64,000 nt of DNA, taken from the NCBI GenBank assembly GCA_019038745.1, contig JAHOYV010000005.1, positions 4,546-68,545 on the forward strand, in the 5' to 3' direction. The position numbers and the translations under genes are program-made. Shown piece after piece: positions 1 to 9,640 of this stretch. This DNA comes from Gemmatimonadales bacterium (GTDB lineage: Bacteria; Krumholzibacteriota; Krumholzibacteriia; LZORAL124-64-63). Under the pieces are notes generated by a model. The model searched no databases. It saw nothing but the letters and a program-made list of their open reading frames with translations, and was not told where the DNA came from. Each line of letters starts with the position of its first letter. Within the stretch, counting starts at the first letter, position 1.

Positions 1-5
1 AGTTG

Positions 6-947
6 TCAGATCCCCTTCTCGACGAGCCAACGCTCAGCCTCAATGGCCGCCATACACCCGGTTCCGGCTGATGTTATCGCCTGCCGGTAGTGGGGATCCT
101 GCACGTCACCGCAAGCGAAGACACCGGGAATGTTGGTGGCCACCCGGTTCGGCTGTGTGATCAGGTAGCCGTTCTCGTCCGCATCCAGTTGTCCGGCCAG
201 GAATCCCGTATTCGGCGAGTGCCCGATGGCGATAAAGCAGCCGGTCACCGGTAGTTCACGCAAAGACCCATCGGTGGTGTCCTTGAGCATCAGTCCCTTC
301 AGATTGCCGTCCTGATCAGGGAGGTAGGAATCGATTACCGAGTTCCAGGCGATCTCTATCTTCTCATGGTCTAGAGCCCGCTGCTGCATGATCTTCGAGC
401 CGCGCAATTCGTCTCGGCGATGAATCAAAGTCACCTTTGAGGCGAAGTTTGTCAGATACGTAGCCTCTTCCAGGGCGGTGTCCCCGCCACCGACTACGGC
501 AATTTCCTGGCCGCGGAAGAAGAATCCGTCACAAGTGGCGCAGGCGCTCAGGCCCTTGCCCATGAAGGTCTTTTCGTCTACCAGGCCCAACCAGCGGGCC
601 GTGCTGCCGGTGGCGATAATCACTATCGGGGCGGAATACTGGTTGCCGCCTGTATTTACAGTGTGGACATCTTCTCCGAACGCAACCGATTCGGCCGTCT
701 CACTCTTGATGATGGTTCCGAACCGTTCAGCCTGGGCTCGCATTTTCATCATCAGTTCGGGTCCCTCGATACCATCCGGAAAGGCTGGGAAGTTTTCGAC
801 CTCGGTAGTGATCGTCAACTGGCCGCCGGGCTGCATACCTTCCAACAGGAGGTGGGGGATGTTGGCGCGGCCGAGATATATGGCTGCCGTGTACCCGGCT
901 GGACCTGATCCGATGATAATGGCTTTAGGGTTCTTGTTCTCGGTCAT
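6..947 (-). CDS. trxB: Thioredoxin-disulfide reductase
   Basis: GSGPAG FAD motif, CATC redox centre, GGGDTA NADPH motif, GDVQD..RQAITSAG C-terminus. Confidence 0.97.
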   Translation of the reverse strand: MTENKNPKAIIIGSGPAGYTAAIYLGRANIPHLLLEGMQPGGQLTITTEVENFPAFPDGIEGPELMMKMRAQAERFGTIIKSETAESVAFGEDVHTVNTGGNQYSAPIVIIATGSTARWLGLVDEKTFMGKGLSACATCDGFFFRGQEIAVVGGGDTALEEATYLTNFASKVTLIHRRDELRGSKIMQQRALDHEKIEIAWNSVIDSYLPDQDGNLKGLMLKDTTDGSLRELPVTGCFIAIGHSPNTGFLAGQLDADENGYLITQPNRVATNIPGVFACGDVQDPHYRQAITSAGTGCMAAIEAERWLVEKGI

Positions 948-1114
948 TGGTTCGCTTCTCCGATTTGAAGGAAATCCGCCTAGTACTCTGCAACAGCGGA
1001 GGCGGGAAGAATCTTCGGCATTGTTTGAATCTCCGCTACCATAGGGTTTTCCATTGGATTGTCAACAGCAGGGGGAAAGTAGGGAGAATTTGGTCAGGAA
1101 AATAAACCTCCTCC

Positions 1115-1144
1115 TTGACGAAAAGCCGATCAAAGTATTATTTA
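1115..1144 (+). promoter_or_regulatory. Possible sigma-70 promoter of rplU-rpmA
   Basis: TTGACG at 1115-1120 followed by AT-rich TATTATTTA; spacing imperfect. Confidence 0.4.
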
Positions 1145-1294
1145 TAACTCCTTGTAACCGGATTTCGGGAGGCTGCGGTCTGCCTGACGGGTGTTTTTGC
1201 GCTTGTTGGAGGCGGCTGGGTAGGTCCTGGAACGGGTTTATCCTGGTAAGGGTGCAGCCCTGCCATCATTCATATAGCCGCGGAGAGAGTTGCT

Positions 1295-1606
1295 ATGTAC
1301 GCCGTAGTCAAAATAAAGGGACACCAGTACCGGGTTCAGCCCGAGGCCCTGCTTCAGGTTGAGTTGATCGACAGCGAGGTCGGTCAGACCGTCACCTTCG
1401 ATGAGGTGCTCATGGTTTCTGACGGGGACGATGTCCAGGTAGGAGCACCCCACGTCGCCGGAGCGACTGTGGAGGCCGAGATCATTGAGCACGGCCGCAG
1501 CAGAAAGATCGTCGTTTTCAAGAAGAAACGGCGCAAGAATTATCGTCGCAAGAACGGTCACCGGCAGGGTTATACCCAGCTCAAGATCACGGGAATCAAC
1601 GCCTAG
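1295..1606 (+). CDS. rplU: 50S ribosomal protein L21
   Basis: MYAVVKIKGHQYRV start; FKKKRRKNYRRKNGHRQ motif. Confidence 0.98.
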   Translation: MYAVVKIKGHQYRVQPEALLQVELIDSEVGQTVTFDEVLMVSDGDDVQVGAPHVAGATVEAEIIEHGRSRKIVVFKKKRRKNYRRKNGHRQGYTQLKITGINA

Positions 1607-1666
1607 TCTTTCGCCGCTGACGACATCAGGGGAATTCACGGCGGGCGAAATCAAAGGAGCGGAATA

Positions 1667-1921
1667 ATGGCTCATAAAAAAGCAGGCGGTAGTACCCGGA
1701 ACGGGCGGGACAGTAACCCCCAGTATCTGGGCGTCAAGCGCTTCGGAGGCGAAGCGGTTCTGGCCGGCACCATCATCGTACGGCAACGCGGCACCAAGAT
1801 TCATCCCGGCAAGAACGTCGGCAAGGGTGGGGATGATACCCTGTTTGCCCTGGTTGACGGTACGGTGGAATTTCAAAATTTCCGCCGCACCAAGAAACGG
1901 GTCAATATTCAGCCGGTCTGA
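1667..1921 (+). CDS. rpmA: 50S ribosomal protein L27
   Basis: [24 protein letters not shown]. Confidence 0.98.
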   Translation: MAHKKAGGSTRNGRDSNPQYLGVKRFGGEAVLAGTIIVRQRGTKIHPGKNVGKGGDDTLFALVDGTVEFQNFRRTKKRVNIQPV

Positions 1922-1943
1922 TTGTGGATGCTTTCGGCATACG

Positions 1944-1975
1944 AGCCCACCCCCTCCAGGGTGGGCTTTTCTTTT
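1944..1975 (+). terminator. Intrinsic terminator after rpmA
   Basis: AGCCCACCC/GGGTGGGCT stem followed by TTTCTTTT. Confidence 0.85.
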
Positions 1976-2007
1976 GTCCGGGCCACGGGAATGGAGAGTT
2001 GTAATTC

Positions 2008-2775
2008 ATGAACAGGTCTGAAAATGGCACCGGTCGTGTGTTGGTCGTCATACCCGCCCGGTACGAGTCCTCCCGGTTCCCGGGCAAGGCCCTGGCCGAT
2101 CTCTACGGTGAACCCCTGATCGTAAGAACGGCCAGGAACGCTGCCCGCATGAGGCGTGCCGACAAGGTTGTAGTAGCCACCGATGACGAGCGAATCGCCG
2201 CTGCGGTGACTGCTGCCGGTTGTCTATGCGAAATGACGGGTCAACATCCGACCGGAACGGACCGTATCGCAGAGGTGGCCGCCCGCTACGAGGGGGAAAT
2301 CATTCTGAACCTGCAGGGTGACGAACCACTGTTGGATCCGGGACAGGTCGATCGACTCGTGGACATGATGGTCCAGGATCAGAGTATAGACATAGGAACC
2401 TGCGCCCATCCCTTTGCTTCTGCCGAAACCTGGCGGGATAGAAATACTGTGAAGGTCTTGGTAGACCAGTTCGGATTCGCCCTGTATTTTTCCAGGGCGG
2501 CCATCCCCGGGAATTTTCCCGGTCGCGAAGACAGGGGCCACGAACTGGCCGGGCGGCACGTGGGGGTTTACGCCTTTCGGCGGAGGGCCCTGGAACGTTT
2601 CATAAGGTTGGCGCCGACTCGGTATGAACAGGCCGAGGGACTGGAACAATTGCGTGCCCTGGAAAGTGGGATGCGCATCAAGGTACTGATGATCGACCAG
2701 GTAGCAGTGGGGGTCGATACCCCGGCCGACCTGGAAGAGGTCCGTCATTTGTGGCGGATCCGCAAGGACACTTGA
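2008..2775 (+). CDS. kdsB: CMP-KDO synthetase
   Basis: IPARYESSRFPGKAL, TGTDR, NLQGDEP, EGLEQLRALE. Confidence 0.96.
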   Translation: MNRSENGTGRVLVVIPARYESSRFPGKALADLYGEPLIVRTARNAARMRRADKVVVATDDERIAAAVTAAGCLCEMTGQHPTGTDRIAEVAARYEGEIILNLQGDEPLLDPGQVDRLVDMMVQDQSIDIGTCAHPFASAETWRDRNTVKVLVDQFGFALYFSRAAIPGNFPGREDRGHELAGRHVGVYAFRRRALERFIRLAPTRYEQAEGLEQLRALESGMRIKVLMIDQVAVGVDTPADLEEVRHLWRIRKDT

Positions 2776-2794
2776 AAGGCAGGAGAACAGGCAC

Positions 2795-4438
2795 ATGGCC
2801 AAGTTCGTATTCGTGACAGGCGGAGTGGTTTCCGCCCTGGGTAAGGGGATCGCCTCGGCATCACTGGGCAACCTTCTCAAGGCCAGGGGGCTGAATGTAA
2901 TTCTCCAAAAGTTCGATCCATACCTGAACGTTGATCCCGGCACCATGAGCCCATTCCAGCACGGCGAGGTTTTTGTCCTGGAAGACGGCGCCGAATGCGA
3001 TTTGGATCTGGGCCATTACGAGAGATTTACCCAGACGAATCTGGACCAGAACAACAACCTTACCGCGGGCCGTGTGTATGAGACGATCCTGGCCAAGGAG
3101 CGCAAGGGTGAGTATCTGGGGCGCACGGTTCAGGTTATCCCGCACGTTACCGACGAGATCAAACGCCGCATTCAGCTTCCGGCTGACAATGATCCCGATG
3201 TGGACGTGGTGATCACCGAGATAGGTGGCACGGTGGGTGATATCGAGAGTTTGCCTTTTCTGGAAGCCATCCGGCAATTTCGACTGGAGCAGGATATGCA
3301 AGACACTGCTTCGGTCCACTTGACGCTGGTGCCCTACATCGAAACAGCCGGCGAGATCAAGACCAAGCCCACTCAGCACTCTGTCCGCGAATTGCGCAGT
3401 ATCGGCATTCAACCGGATTTTCTGTTGTGTCGCGCTACTCACTCCATAGGTGAGGAGGCCCGCAGGAAAATCGCCCTGTTCTGCAACCTGCCGACGGAGC
3501 ACGTTTTTGATGCTCAGGATGCGGACTCCATATATCAGGTTCCCTGTAATTTGAACGACCAGGAATTCGACCGTCTGCTCTGCCAGAAGTTGGGCATCGA
3601 GACCGAGGAACCGGACCTGACCGAGTGGAAACACATGGTCCAGGTCATTCTGAATCCGCCCGAGCGGGTTCGCATCGCCATAGTCGGCAAGTACATCGAA
3701 TTGAAGGATGCCTACAAGAGCATCAGCGAATCTTTTATCCACGCGGGGATTCCCAACCACGCCGGCGTCGAACAGGTATGGGTGGACTCCGAAACCCTGG
3801 AAGGGGATGAGGTAGGAGATCGCAAGCTGGACGAAGTCTTCAATGGTTGCCATGGGATTCTGGTGCCCGGCGGATTCGGGGACCGGGGAATTCAGGGCAA
3901 GGTCAACGCAATTCGTTATGCCCGGGAAAAGAAGATCCCTTTCCTGGGGATCTGCCTGGGCCTGCAGTGCGCCCTGATCGAAATAGGCCGTGACCTGGTT
4001 GGGCTGGATATGGCCGGCAGTGCCGAGTTCGACGTTTCCACGCCGCACCCGGTCATCCATCTGATGGAGGATCAGAAGGGAATCGCCAATATGGGGGGTA
4101 CGATGCGCCTGGGCGCCTACCCTTGTGTCCTAAAGGAAGGCAGTCGGGCGGCGGATTTATACGGCGTCCTGGAAATCAGTGAAAGACATCGACATCGTTA
4201 CGAAGTGAACAACAGCTACCGGGAACGATTCGAACAGGCCGGAGTGGTCTTTTCCGGGTTGTCCCCGGATGGCCAACTGGTGGAAGTAATGGAGTTTCCC
4301 GACCATCCCTTCTTCTTGGCGGTGCAGTTCCATCCCGAGTTGAAATCCCGTCCGCGAGTGGCTCATCCGCTCTTCCGTGGGTTGGTGAAAGCTGCCCTGG
4401 TTCACCAGGCTCCGAAACAGGATTCCACCGTCGGCTGA
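2795..4438 (+). CDS. pyrG: CTP synthase
   Basis: GGVVSALGKG, DPYLNVDPGTMSPFQHGEV, GICLGLQ, QFHPE. Confidence 0.98.
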   Translation: MAKFVFVTGGVVSALGKGIASASLGNLLKARGLNVILQKFDPYLNVDPGTMSPFQHGEVFVLEDGAECDLDLGHYERFTQTNLDQNNNLTAGRVYETILAKERKGEYLGRTVQVIPHVTDEIKRRIQLPADNDPDVDVVITEIGGTVGDIESLPFLEAIRQFRLEQDMQDTASVHLTLVPYIETAGEIKTKPTQHSVRELRSIGIQPDFLLCRATHSIGEEARRKIALFCNLPTEHVFDAQDADSIYQVPCNLNDQEFDRLLCQKLGIETEEPDLTEWKHMVQVILNPPERVRIAIVGKYIELKDAYKSISESFIHAGIPNHAGVEQVWVDSETLEGDEVGDRKLDEVFNGCHGILVPGGFGDRGIQGKVNAIRYAREKKIPFLGICLGLQCALIEIGRDLVGLDMAGSAEFDVSTPHPVIHLMEDQKGIANMGGTMRLGAYPCVLKEGSRAADLYGVLEISERHRHRYEVNNSYRERFEQAGVVFSGLSPDGQLVEVMEFPDHPFFLAVQFHPELKSRPRVAHPLFRGLVKAALVHQAPKQDSTVG

Positions 4439-4458
4439 AAAACAAAAATGAGGTAAAC

Positions 4459-5310
4459 ATGGTTTCGAAACGAACCATTCGAATTGGACAGCAGAGCTTG
4501 GGGGCGGACCAGCCTCTTTTTCTGATCGCCGGCCCCTGCGTGCTGGAAGACCCGGATGAGATGCTGGGTGTGGCCGAGGCCTTGGTAGAAACCTGTGACG
4601 AGGCGGGTGTCGGGTTCTGTTTCAAGTCCAGTTACACAAAGGACAATCGGACCAGCGGTCAGTCCTACCGGGGGCCTGGTCTGGAGGAGGGGCTGCGTCT
4701 GCTGAGGCGAATATCCCGGGAAACGGGAGCCCCCATTGTGACGGATGTTCACCATCCGGAGGAGGCCGAGGCGGTTGCGAATGTAGCTGAAGTTTTGCAG
4801 ATTCCTGCCTTTCTTTGCCGCCAGACGTCCTTGCTGGAGGCTGTCGGGATGACCGGACAAGTAGTGAACGTAAAGAAAGGTCAGTTCCTGGCCGCAGCGG
4901 ACATGGCCCACGCCGCCTCCAAGCTGGAGGGTGTCGGTTGCCGTCGAATCCTGTTCACCGAGAGAGGTTCATTCTTCGGCTACCGGGATCTTACCGTGGA
5001 TTTCCGTTCTATCCAGATTATGGGTGACCTGGGGTATCCTGTTGTCTTCGACGCGACCCATTCGGTGCAGTCGCCCGGCAGTACAGGTACGACAACCGGA
5101 GGAAGTCCCGAGCTGATTCCTTTGCTGGCCCGTTGCGGTGTTGCCGCCGGTTGCGACGCGATTTTTCTGGAGGTTCATCCAGAACCGTCTCGGGCCAAGA
5201 GTGACGCGGGATGCCAGTTGCCTCTGGCAAAATTCCAGTCCCTGCTCCAGGAACTGGTTAGTTACCGGGAGCTCTACCTTGAGATCCAGTCACGCGGGAT
5301 CAGCACATGA
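4459..5310 (+). CDS. kdsA: KDO-8-phosphate synthase
   Basis: IAGPCVLE, KDNRTS, QIPAFLCRQT, NVKKGQF, DATHSVQ. Confidence 0.97.
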   Translation: MVSKRTIRIGQQSLGADQPLFLIAGPCVLEDPDEMLGVAEALVETCDEAGVGFCFKSSYTKDNRTSGQSYRGPGLEEGLRLLRRISRETGAPIVTDVHHPEEAEAVANVAEVLQIPAFLCRQTSLLEAVGMTGQVVNVKKGQFLAAADMAHAASKLEGVGCRRILFTERGSFFGYRDLTVDFRSIQIMGDLGYPVVFDATHSVQSPGSTGTTTGGSPELIPLLARCGVAAGCDAIFLEVHPEPSRAKSDAGCQLPLAKFQSLLQELVSYRELYLEIQSRGIST

Positions 5311-5984
5311 TGGGGTCGTCCGGCAGCAAACCCTGGCCGCCAAAGTCCGATCAGGATTATCGGCAGGAGGCACAGTCCACCCTGGGCGCTGAATTGGCTG
5401 CCAGATTCGGTGACATCAAGTTGATGGTATTCGACGCGGATGGGGTCCTGACGTCTGGAAATCTGGTCTATGGACCTCGGGGCGAGGCCCTCAAGGAGTT
5501 TCACAGCCATGACGGTCTAGGCCTGGTCATGGCCCGCATGGTCGGCATCCAGCGGGCGGTGCTGACTGGCCGCAACAGCAATATCGTAGAGCGCCGGGCT
5601 ACCGAGCTGCGCTTTGATTCGATCAAGCTGGGTCGGTTCGACAAGGTGGCCGCCCTGCGCGAAATTTTGGAAGAGACGGGATGCTCCGCCGAGCAAACGC
5701 TGTATATGGGTGACGACCTTATCGATCTGCCGGCCATGTACGAAGTTGGTCTGCCCGTGGCCGTGCCTTCCTCCCCTGGGGAGGTTTTGGCTGCTTGCGC
5801 GTTCGTTACCGGGGCGTCCGGTGGGGCGGGGGCCGTGCGGGAAATCACCGATCTGGTACTCAAGTCGGCCGGATTATACGGACTGTCACTGACCCGCTTG
5901 GTTGACAAGGCCTGGCATCCGTCATCCGAGGAGCTCTCGAGTGACGATGGGACGGTCGAACCCGGAGCAGAAAGCAAGGAATGA
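5307..5984 (+). CDS. kdsC: KDO-8-phosphate phosphatase (HAD family)
   Basis: FDADGVLT, YMGDDLIDL, GGAGAVRE; located in the kds operon. Confidence 0.93.
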   Translation: MMGSSGSKPWPPKSDQDYRQEAQSTLGAELAARFGDIKLMVFDADGVLTSGNLVYGPRGEALKEFHSHDGLGLVMARMVGIQRAVLTGRNSNIVERRATELRFDSIKLGRFDKVAALREILEETGCSAEQTLYMGDDLIDLPAMYEVGLPVAVPSSPGEVLAACAFVTGASGGAGAVREITDLVLKSAGLYGLSLTRLVDKAWHPSSEELSSDDGTVEPGAESKE

Positions 5985-7000
5985 TGGAATATCCCATTGG
6001 AAACCACCAGGCTCCGGAGTGGAACGAGGCAGCGATCATTGCTCTGGGAAAGGAGACCTTTACCCAGGAAGCCGATGCTTTGCGCCGAGTAGGGGAAGTC
6101 CTTGATGGTTCCTTTGTCTTGGCTCTGAAGAACCTTTTCGATTGTCAGGGTCGGGTTCTCGTTACCGGGCTGGGCAAGTCGGGAATCATCGCCCGCAAAC
6201 TGGCAGCCACTCTGACCAGCACCGGTTCACCCAGTCATTTTATTCATCCGGTAGAGGCGGCGCACGGTGATTTGGGGATAGTCAGGGGTGCGGACCTCAT
6301 CATTTCCATCAGCCGCAGTGGAAACAACCAGGAGGTTGTCGCCCTGCTGGATAATTGCCGGCAATTTGGGATGAAGTCCATCGCCATCACGGCCAGCCCC
6401 AATTCGGCCTTGGCGCGGGCCAGCGATATCGTTCTGCATACTCCCGTGGAGCGGGAAGCTTGTCCCCTGAATCTGACTCCGACTACCAGCACCCTGGCTG
6501 CTATGGCCATGGGGGATGCACTGGCCGTGTCCCTGATCCGGCTGCGCGGGTTTCGTCGGGAGGATTTTGCCCTCTTCCATCCCAGCGGTACCCTGGGGCG
6601 GAGTCTGTTGACCACAGTGTCGGCGCTGATGCATACCGGAGAAGAGTTGCCCGTGGTAGCCGATCGCCTGACTCTGGGGGAATCCCTTCCCGAAATGGTG
6701 GGCAAACGCCTGGGTGGGGCGTGTGTCGTCGATGACGAGGGGAAGCTGGTGGGATTGTGTGTGGACGGCGACATCAAACGTGTCTTGCTGGAGCGACGGG
6801 ATGCCCTTGACCTGCCCATCAGCGAAGTCATGAATCAGCAGCCCACTACAGTTGGGCCAGACGAATTGGCCCTCAACGCCCTGCGCATGATGGAGCAGCG
6901 GGCTGAAGGCCCTGTAACTCTCCTGATTGTCGTCGATCACGAAAGCAAGCCCGTGGGATTGCTCCATATTCACGATGTATTGCGAGCCGGCCTGCTTTGA
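5981..7000 (+). CDS. kdsD: Arabinose-5-phosphate isomerase (SIS + CBS domains)
   Basis: GLGKSG, HPVEAAHGDLG, PTTST, FHPSGTLG, C-terminal CBS pair. Confidence 0.95.
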   Translation: MMEYPIGNHQAPEWNEAAIIALGKETFTQEADALRRVGEVLDGSFVLALKNLFDCQGRVLVTGLGKSGIIARKLAATLTSTGSPSHFIHPVEAAHGDLGIVRGADLIISISRSGNNQEVVALLDNCRQFGMKSIAITASPNSALARASDIVLHTPVEREACPLNLTPTTSTLAAMAMGDALAVSLIRLRGFRREDFALFHPSGTLGRSLLTTVSALMHTGEELPVVADRLTLGESLPEMVGKRLGGACVVDDEGKLVGLCVDGDIKRVLLERRDALDLPISEVMNQQPTTVGPDELALNALRMMEQRAEGPVTLLIVVDHESKPVGLLHIHDVLRAGLL

Positions 7001-7100
7001 TCTCTCCAAAAGTGTACCTTAAGGAAAAAATAAATATTAAGTGTAGGATGCAACTTGCCCCTTGTTTCTCCAATCCGTTACATCTACAATGATTGAGGGA

Positions 7101-7117
7101 TTGGCACAGCTTGTGCT
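7101..7117 (+). promoter_or_regulatory. Candidate sigma-54 (-24/-12) promoter of the lpxL-lptC-lptB-rpoN operon
   Basis: TTGGCACAGCTTGTGCT = GG-N10-GC with exact TGGCAC, in an intergenic region. Confidence 0.6.
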
Positions 7118-7183
7118 TAAGGGGATGTCCTGTCTGTTGATGGGATCGGGATGGTTGCAAAGGACGGAATTCCAGGCAGGAGA

Positions 7184-8176
7184 ATGAAACGCTTGGACGC
7201 TGGCCGCCACAGCCTATTTAGACGGTCCCGAAGGCGATTCTACTGGTTGCTGACCCGGGGGTTGATCCTATTGGCAGGATGCTTGCCGCTGTTCCTCGGC
7301 CGAGAACTGGGGCGGGGGTTGGTGGGAATGGCCCTTGGGCTTCGGCCCAAGGAAGTCTCCTGCGCACGGAACAATCTATTGATTGCCTTTCCTGAATTGG
7401 ACTCCACCTGCCGGGAACAATTATTACGGCAGGCCAAGAGGGCGTTGGGAGCCAATCTGTTTGATACAATGGTTGTACCGCGCCTGTTGGCCAGGCCGGG
7501 TCTGGTGGTGAGTGAACCGGCCGGGAGGCTCACGGGAGAGATTCAGCCCTCGGGATTGTTGGAAGTTCTGGCCGGCCTGGCTGGAATGAACCGGGGAGTC
7601 ATGATCTTGACCGGCCATATCGGCTGCTGGGAGTTGTTGGGCGGTTGGCTGGCTCGGGAGATCCCTGCTGCGGGTCTGGGGCGCTTGGGGGTGGTGACCG
7701 GTACGATTCACAACCAACCGGTTGATCGATTGGTTCAGGATAAGCGGCGGAGTCTGGGTATGAAGGTGCTGCCGCGGGAAGATGGAATTCGGCCTTTGCT
7801 GGACCACTTGGGCTCCGGTTCAGTGGTGGCGGTCCTTTTGGACCAGAACACCAGGGTGCAGAATCTGCCGGTTTCCTTCTTTGGGAAGTCAGCTCCTACT
7901 GCCGCTGGTTTTGCCAGGATCATATTAAGGAGAGGGATTCCAGTGTTGCCGGTGGCCATTGCCCGGGCGGGGGAAGGCCACGTTGTGAGGTACCTGGATC
8001 CCATCCTGTCAGAACCTCTCCCGGAGCTTGGTTCTGATCCGGAAGTCCTGGAGAATTTCCTGGGTGAGTGCAACTTGGCCCTGGAAAAACTGATTCGCCG
8101 GAACCCAGCAGAGTGGGTGTGGTTCCACGATCGTTGGAATGATCGGGGTGCCAATTCCGCGGTGGCTGTTTTTTGA
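7184..8176 (+). CDS. lpxL: Lipid A lauroyl/acyltransferase, LpxL/HtrB family (alternative start 7151)
   Basis: TGHIGCWEL, LLDQ, IRRNPAEWVWFHDRW; AGGAG just before ATG 7184. Confidence 0.85.
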   Translation: MKRLDAGRHSLFRRSRRRFYWLLTRGLILLAGCLPLFLGRELGRGLVGMALGLRPKEVSCARNNLLIAFPELDSTCREQLLRQAKRALGANLFDTMVVPRLLARPGLVVSEPAGRLTGEIQPSGLLEVLAGLAGMNRGVMILTGHIGCWELLGGWLAREIPAAGLGRLGVVTGTIHNQPVDRLVQDKRRSLGMKVLPREDGIRPLLDHLGSGSVVAVLLDQNTRVQNLPVSFFGKSAPTAAGFARIILRRGIPVLPVAIARAGEGHVVRYLDPILSEPLPELGSDPEVLENFLGECNLALEKLIRRNPAEWVWFHDRWNDRGANSAVAVF

Positions 8177-8206
8177 CCTGATTGATGAAAGGCGGAGGAG
8201 TCTTCA

Positions 8207-8788
8207 GTGAAGTTCGGGAATGCTTTCATGAGAATTCTTTTTGGCTTGTCGGCAGTGGTGCTTACGTGCTGCGGCGCTTCCGGATGTGGCCCAAACGATG
8301 AGCCATCCCCGGTGCAGGTCGCTCAGGTACAGGAGGTTCCCGAACAACAATTCTTCGATTATACTTTTACTGAGACCAGTGCGGGCGTTGTCCAGTGGAT
8401 CCTGGAGAGCGATGAGATGAAGAAATTCACCGGCCAGCGCGATGCCCAGTTCACCGTTGTAAAGATGGATTTCTTCAACGATGGGGTTCATTTCTCCACC
8501 CTTACGGCCGACAGTGGTTCAGCCAATATGCTCGTCAAGGATGTTCATGTCTGGGGTAATGTGCTTTTGTTGAAGGACAATGGTGATCGACTGGAAACCG
8601 AGGAACTCTTTTTCGACAACAAGGAACAGCTGATTCACAACGACATCTTCAACCGAACGGTTACCAATCAGGAAGTTGTAACCGGTTATGGACTGGAAGC
8701 TACGCCGGACCTTGAATACATTAGGATCAAGGACCGGGCAAAGGGCTATGCCACGGAAAACGTCGCAGACGAAAGTGAACTCAATTGA
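8207..8788 (+). CDS. lptC: LPS export periplasmic protein LptC
   Basis: N-terminal anchor; LTADSG..VHVWGNV..LETEEL beta-jellyroll pattern; directly upstream of lptB. Confidence 0.85.
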   Translation: MKFGNAFMRILFGLSAVVLTCCGASGCGPNDEPSPVQVAQVQEVPEQQFFDYTFTETSAGVVQWILESDEMKKFTGQRDAQFTVVKMDFFNDGVHFSTLTADSGSANMLVKDVHVWGNVLLLKDNGDRLETEELFFDNKEQLIHNDIFNRTVTNQEVVTGYGLEATPDLEYIRIKDRAKGYATENVADESELN

Positions 8789-9531
8789 CCTCAGCCTCCT
8801 CCTCCAACCGTTCTCTCTTGGTAACCAAGAAACTCAGCAAGGTGTACCGCAAACGTGCGGTGGTAGATGACGTGGACCTCGAAATTTCCCAGGGCGAGAT
8901 TGTGGGCCTGTTGGGTCCCAACGGGGCCGGCAAGACCACTTCCTTCTATATGATCGTCGGTTTCATTTCTCCGGACGGCGGCAAGGTTTTTTTGGATGGA
9001 AAGGACATCTCCGGTTTGCCGATGTACAAGCGGGCACGCCTGGGGATCGGCTACCTTCCCCAGGAGTCTTCCATTTTTCGAAAACTCTCCGTCCAGGAAA
9101 ATGTCATGGCCATTCTTCAGAGCGTGAAGATGAGCCGGACGGAACGTAAGGAGAGGATGGAGGAGCTGATGGAGCTGATGGGGGTAACCCACATTCGCAA
9201 CAGCAAAGGGTACGAGTTGTCCGGAGGGGAGCGGCGGCGGGTGGAAATCGCCCGGTCATTGGCCACAAGGCCCAAGTTCATGCTGCTGGACGAGCCCTTC
9301 GCCGGGATCGATCCTATCGCCGTGGCCGATCTGCAGACTGTGGTCAGTCAGCTGAAGGATCACGGACTTGGGGTTTTAATCACCGATCACAACGTTCGGG
9401 AGACGCTAACCATTACAGATCGTGCCTACATTCTATATGAGGGGAAAATCGAGATGTCCGGGACCCCCGAACAGGTGGTATCCTCGGATAAGGCTAGATC
9501 CATTTACTTGGGTGAGAAGTTTAAATTGTGA
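8785..9531 (+). CDS. lptB: LPS export ABC transporter ATPase
   Basis: GPNGAGKTT, YLPQESSIF, LSGGERRRVEIAR, DEPFAGIDP, ITDHNVRETL. Confidence 0.97.
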   Translation: MTSASSSNRSLLVTKKLSKVYRKRAVVDDVDLEISQGEIVGLLGPNGAGKTTSFYMIVGFISPDGGKVFLDGKDISGLPMYKRARLGIGYLPQESSIFRKLSVQENVMAILQSVKMSRTERKERMEELMELMGVTHIRNSKGYELSGGERRRVEIARSLATRPKFMLLDEPFAGIDPIAVADLQTVVSQLKDHGLGVLITDHNVRETLTITDRAYILYEGKIEMSGTPEQVVSSDKARSIYLGEKFKL

Positions 9532-9640
9532 TCCCAGGAATGATCGGCGTGAGGGGAGAACTACCCGATAGCGCCTATCCATGGGACGGAAGGGCAGGGA
9601 CGGAACCCGCCCCGGATACGAAGAATAGAAAGGATCTGAA

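Noticed and set aside
1225..1264. SRP (4.5S) RNA-like hairpin
   Set aside because: It lacks the conserved CAGG/AGCAG internal loop and GNRA tetraloop; kept only as a candidate leader.
1609..1650. Hairpin TTTCGCC...GGCGAAA between rplU and rpmA as an ncRNA
   Set aside because: Only a 7-bp clean stem; more likely an mRNA stability or processing element.
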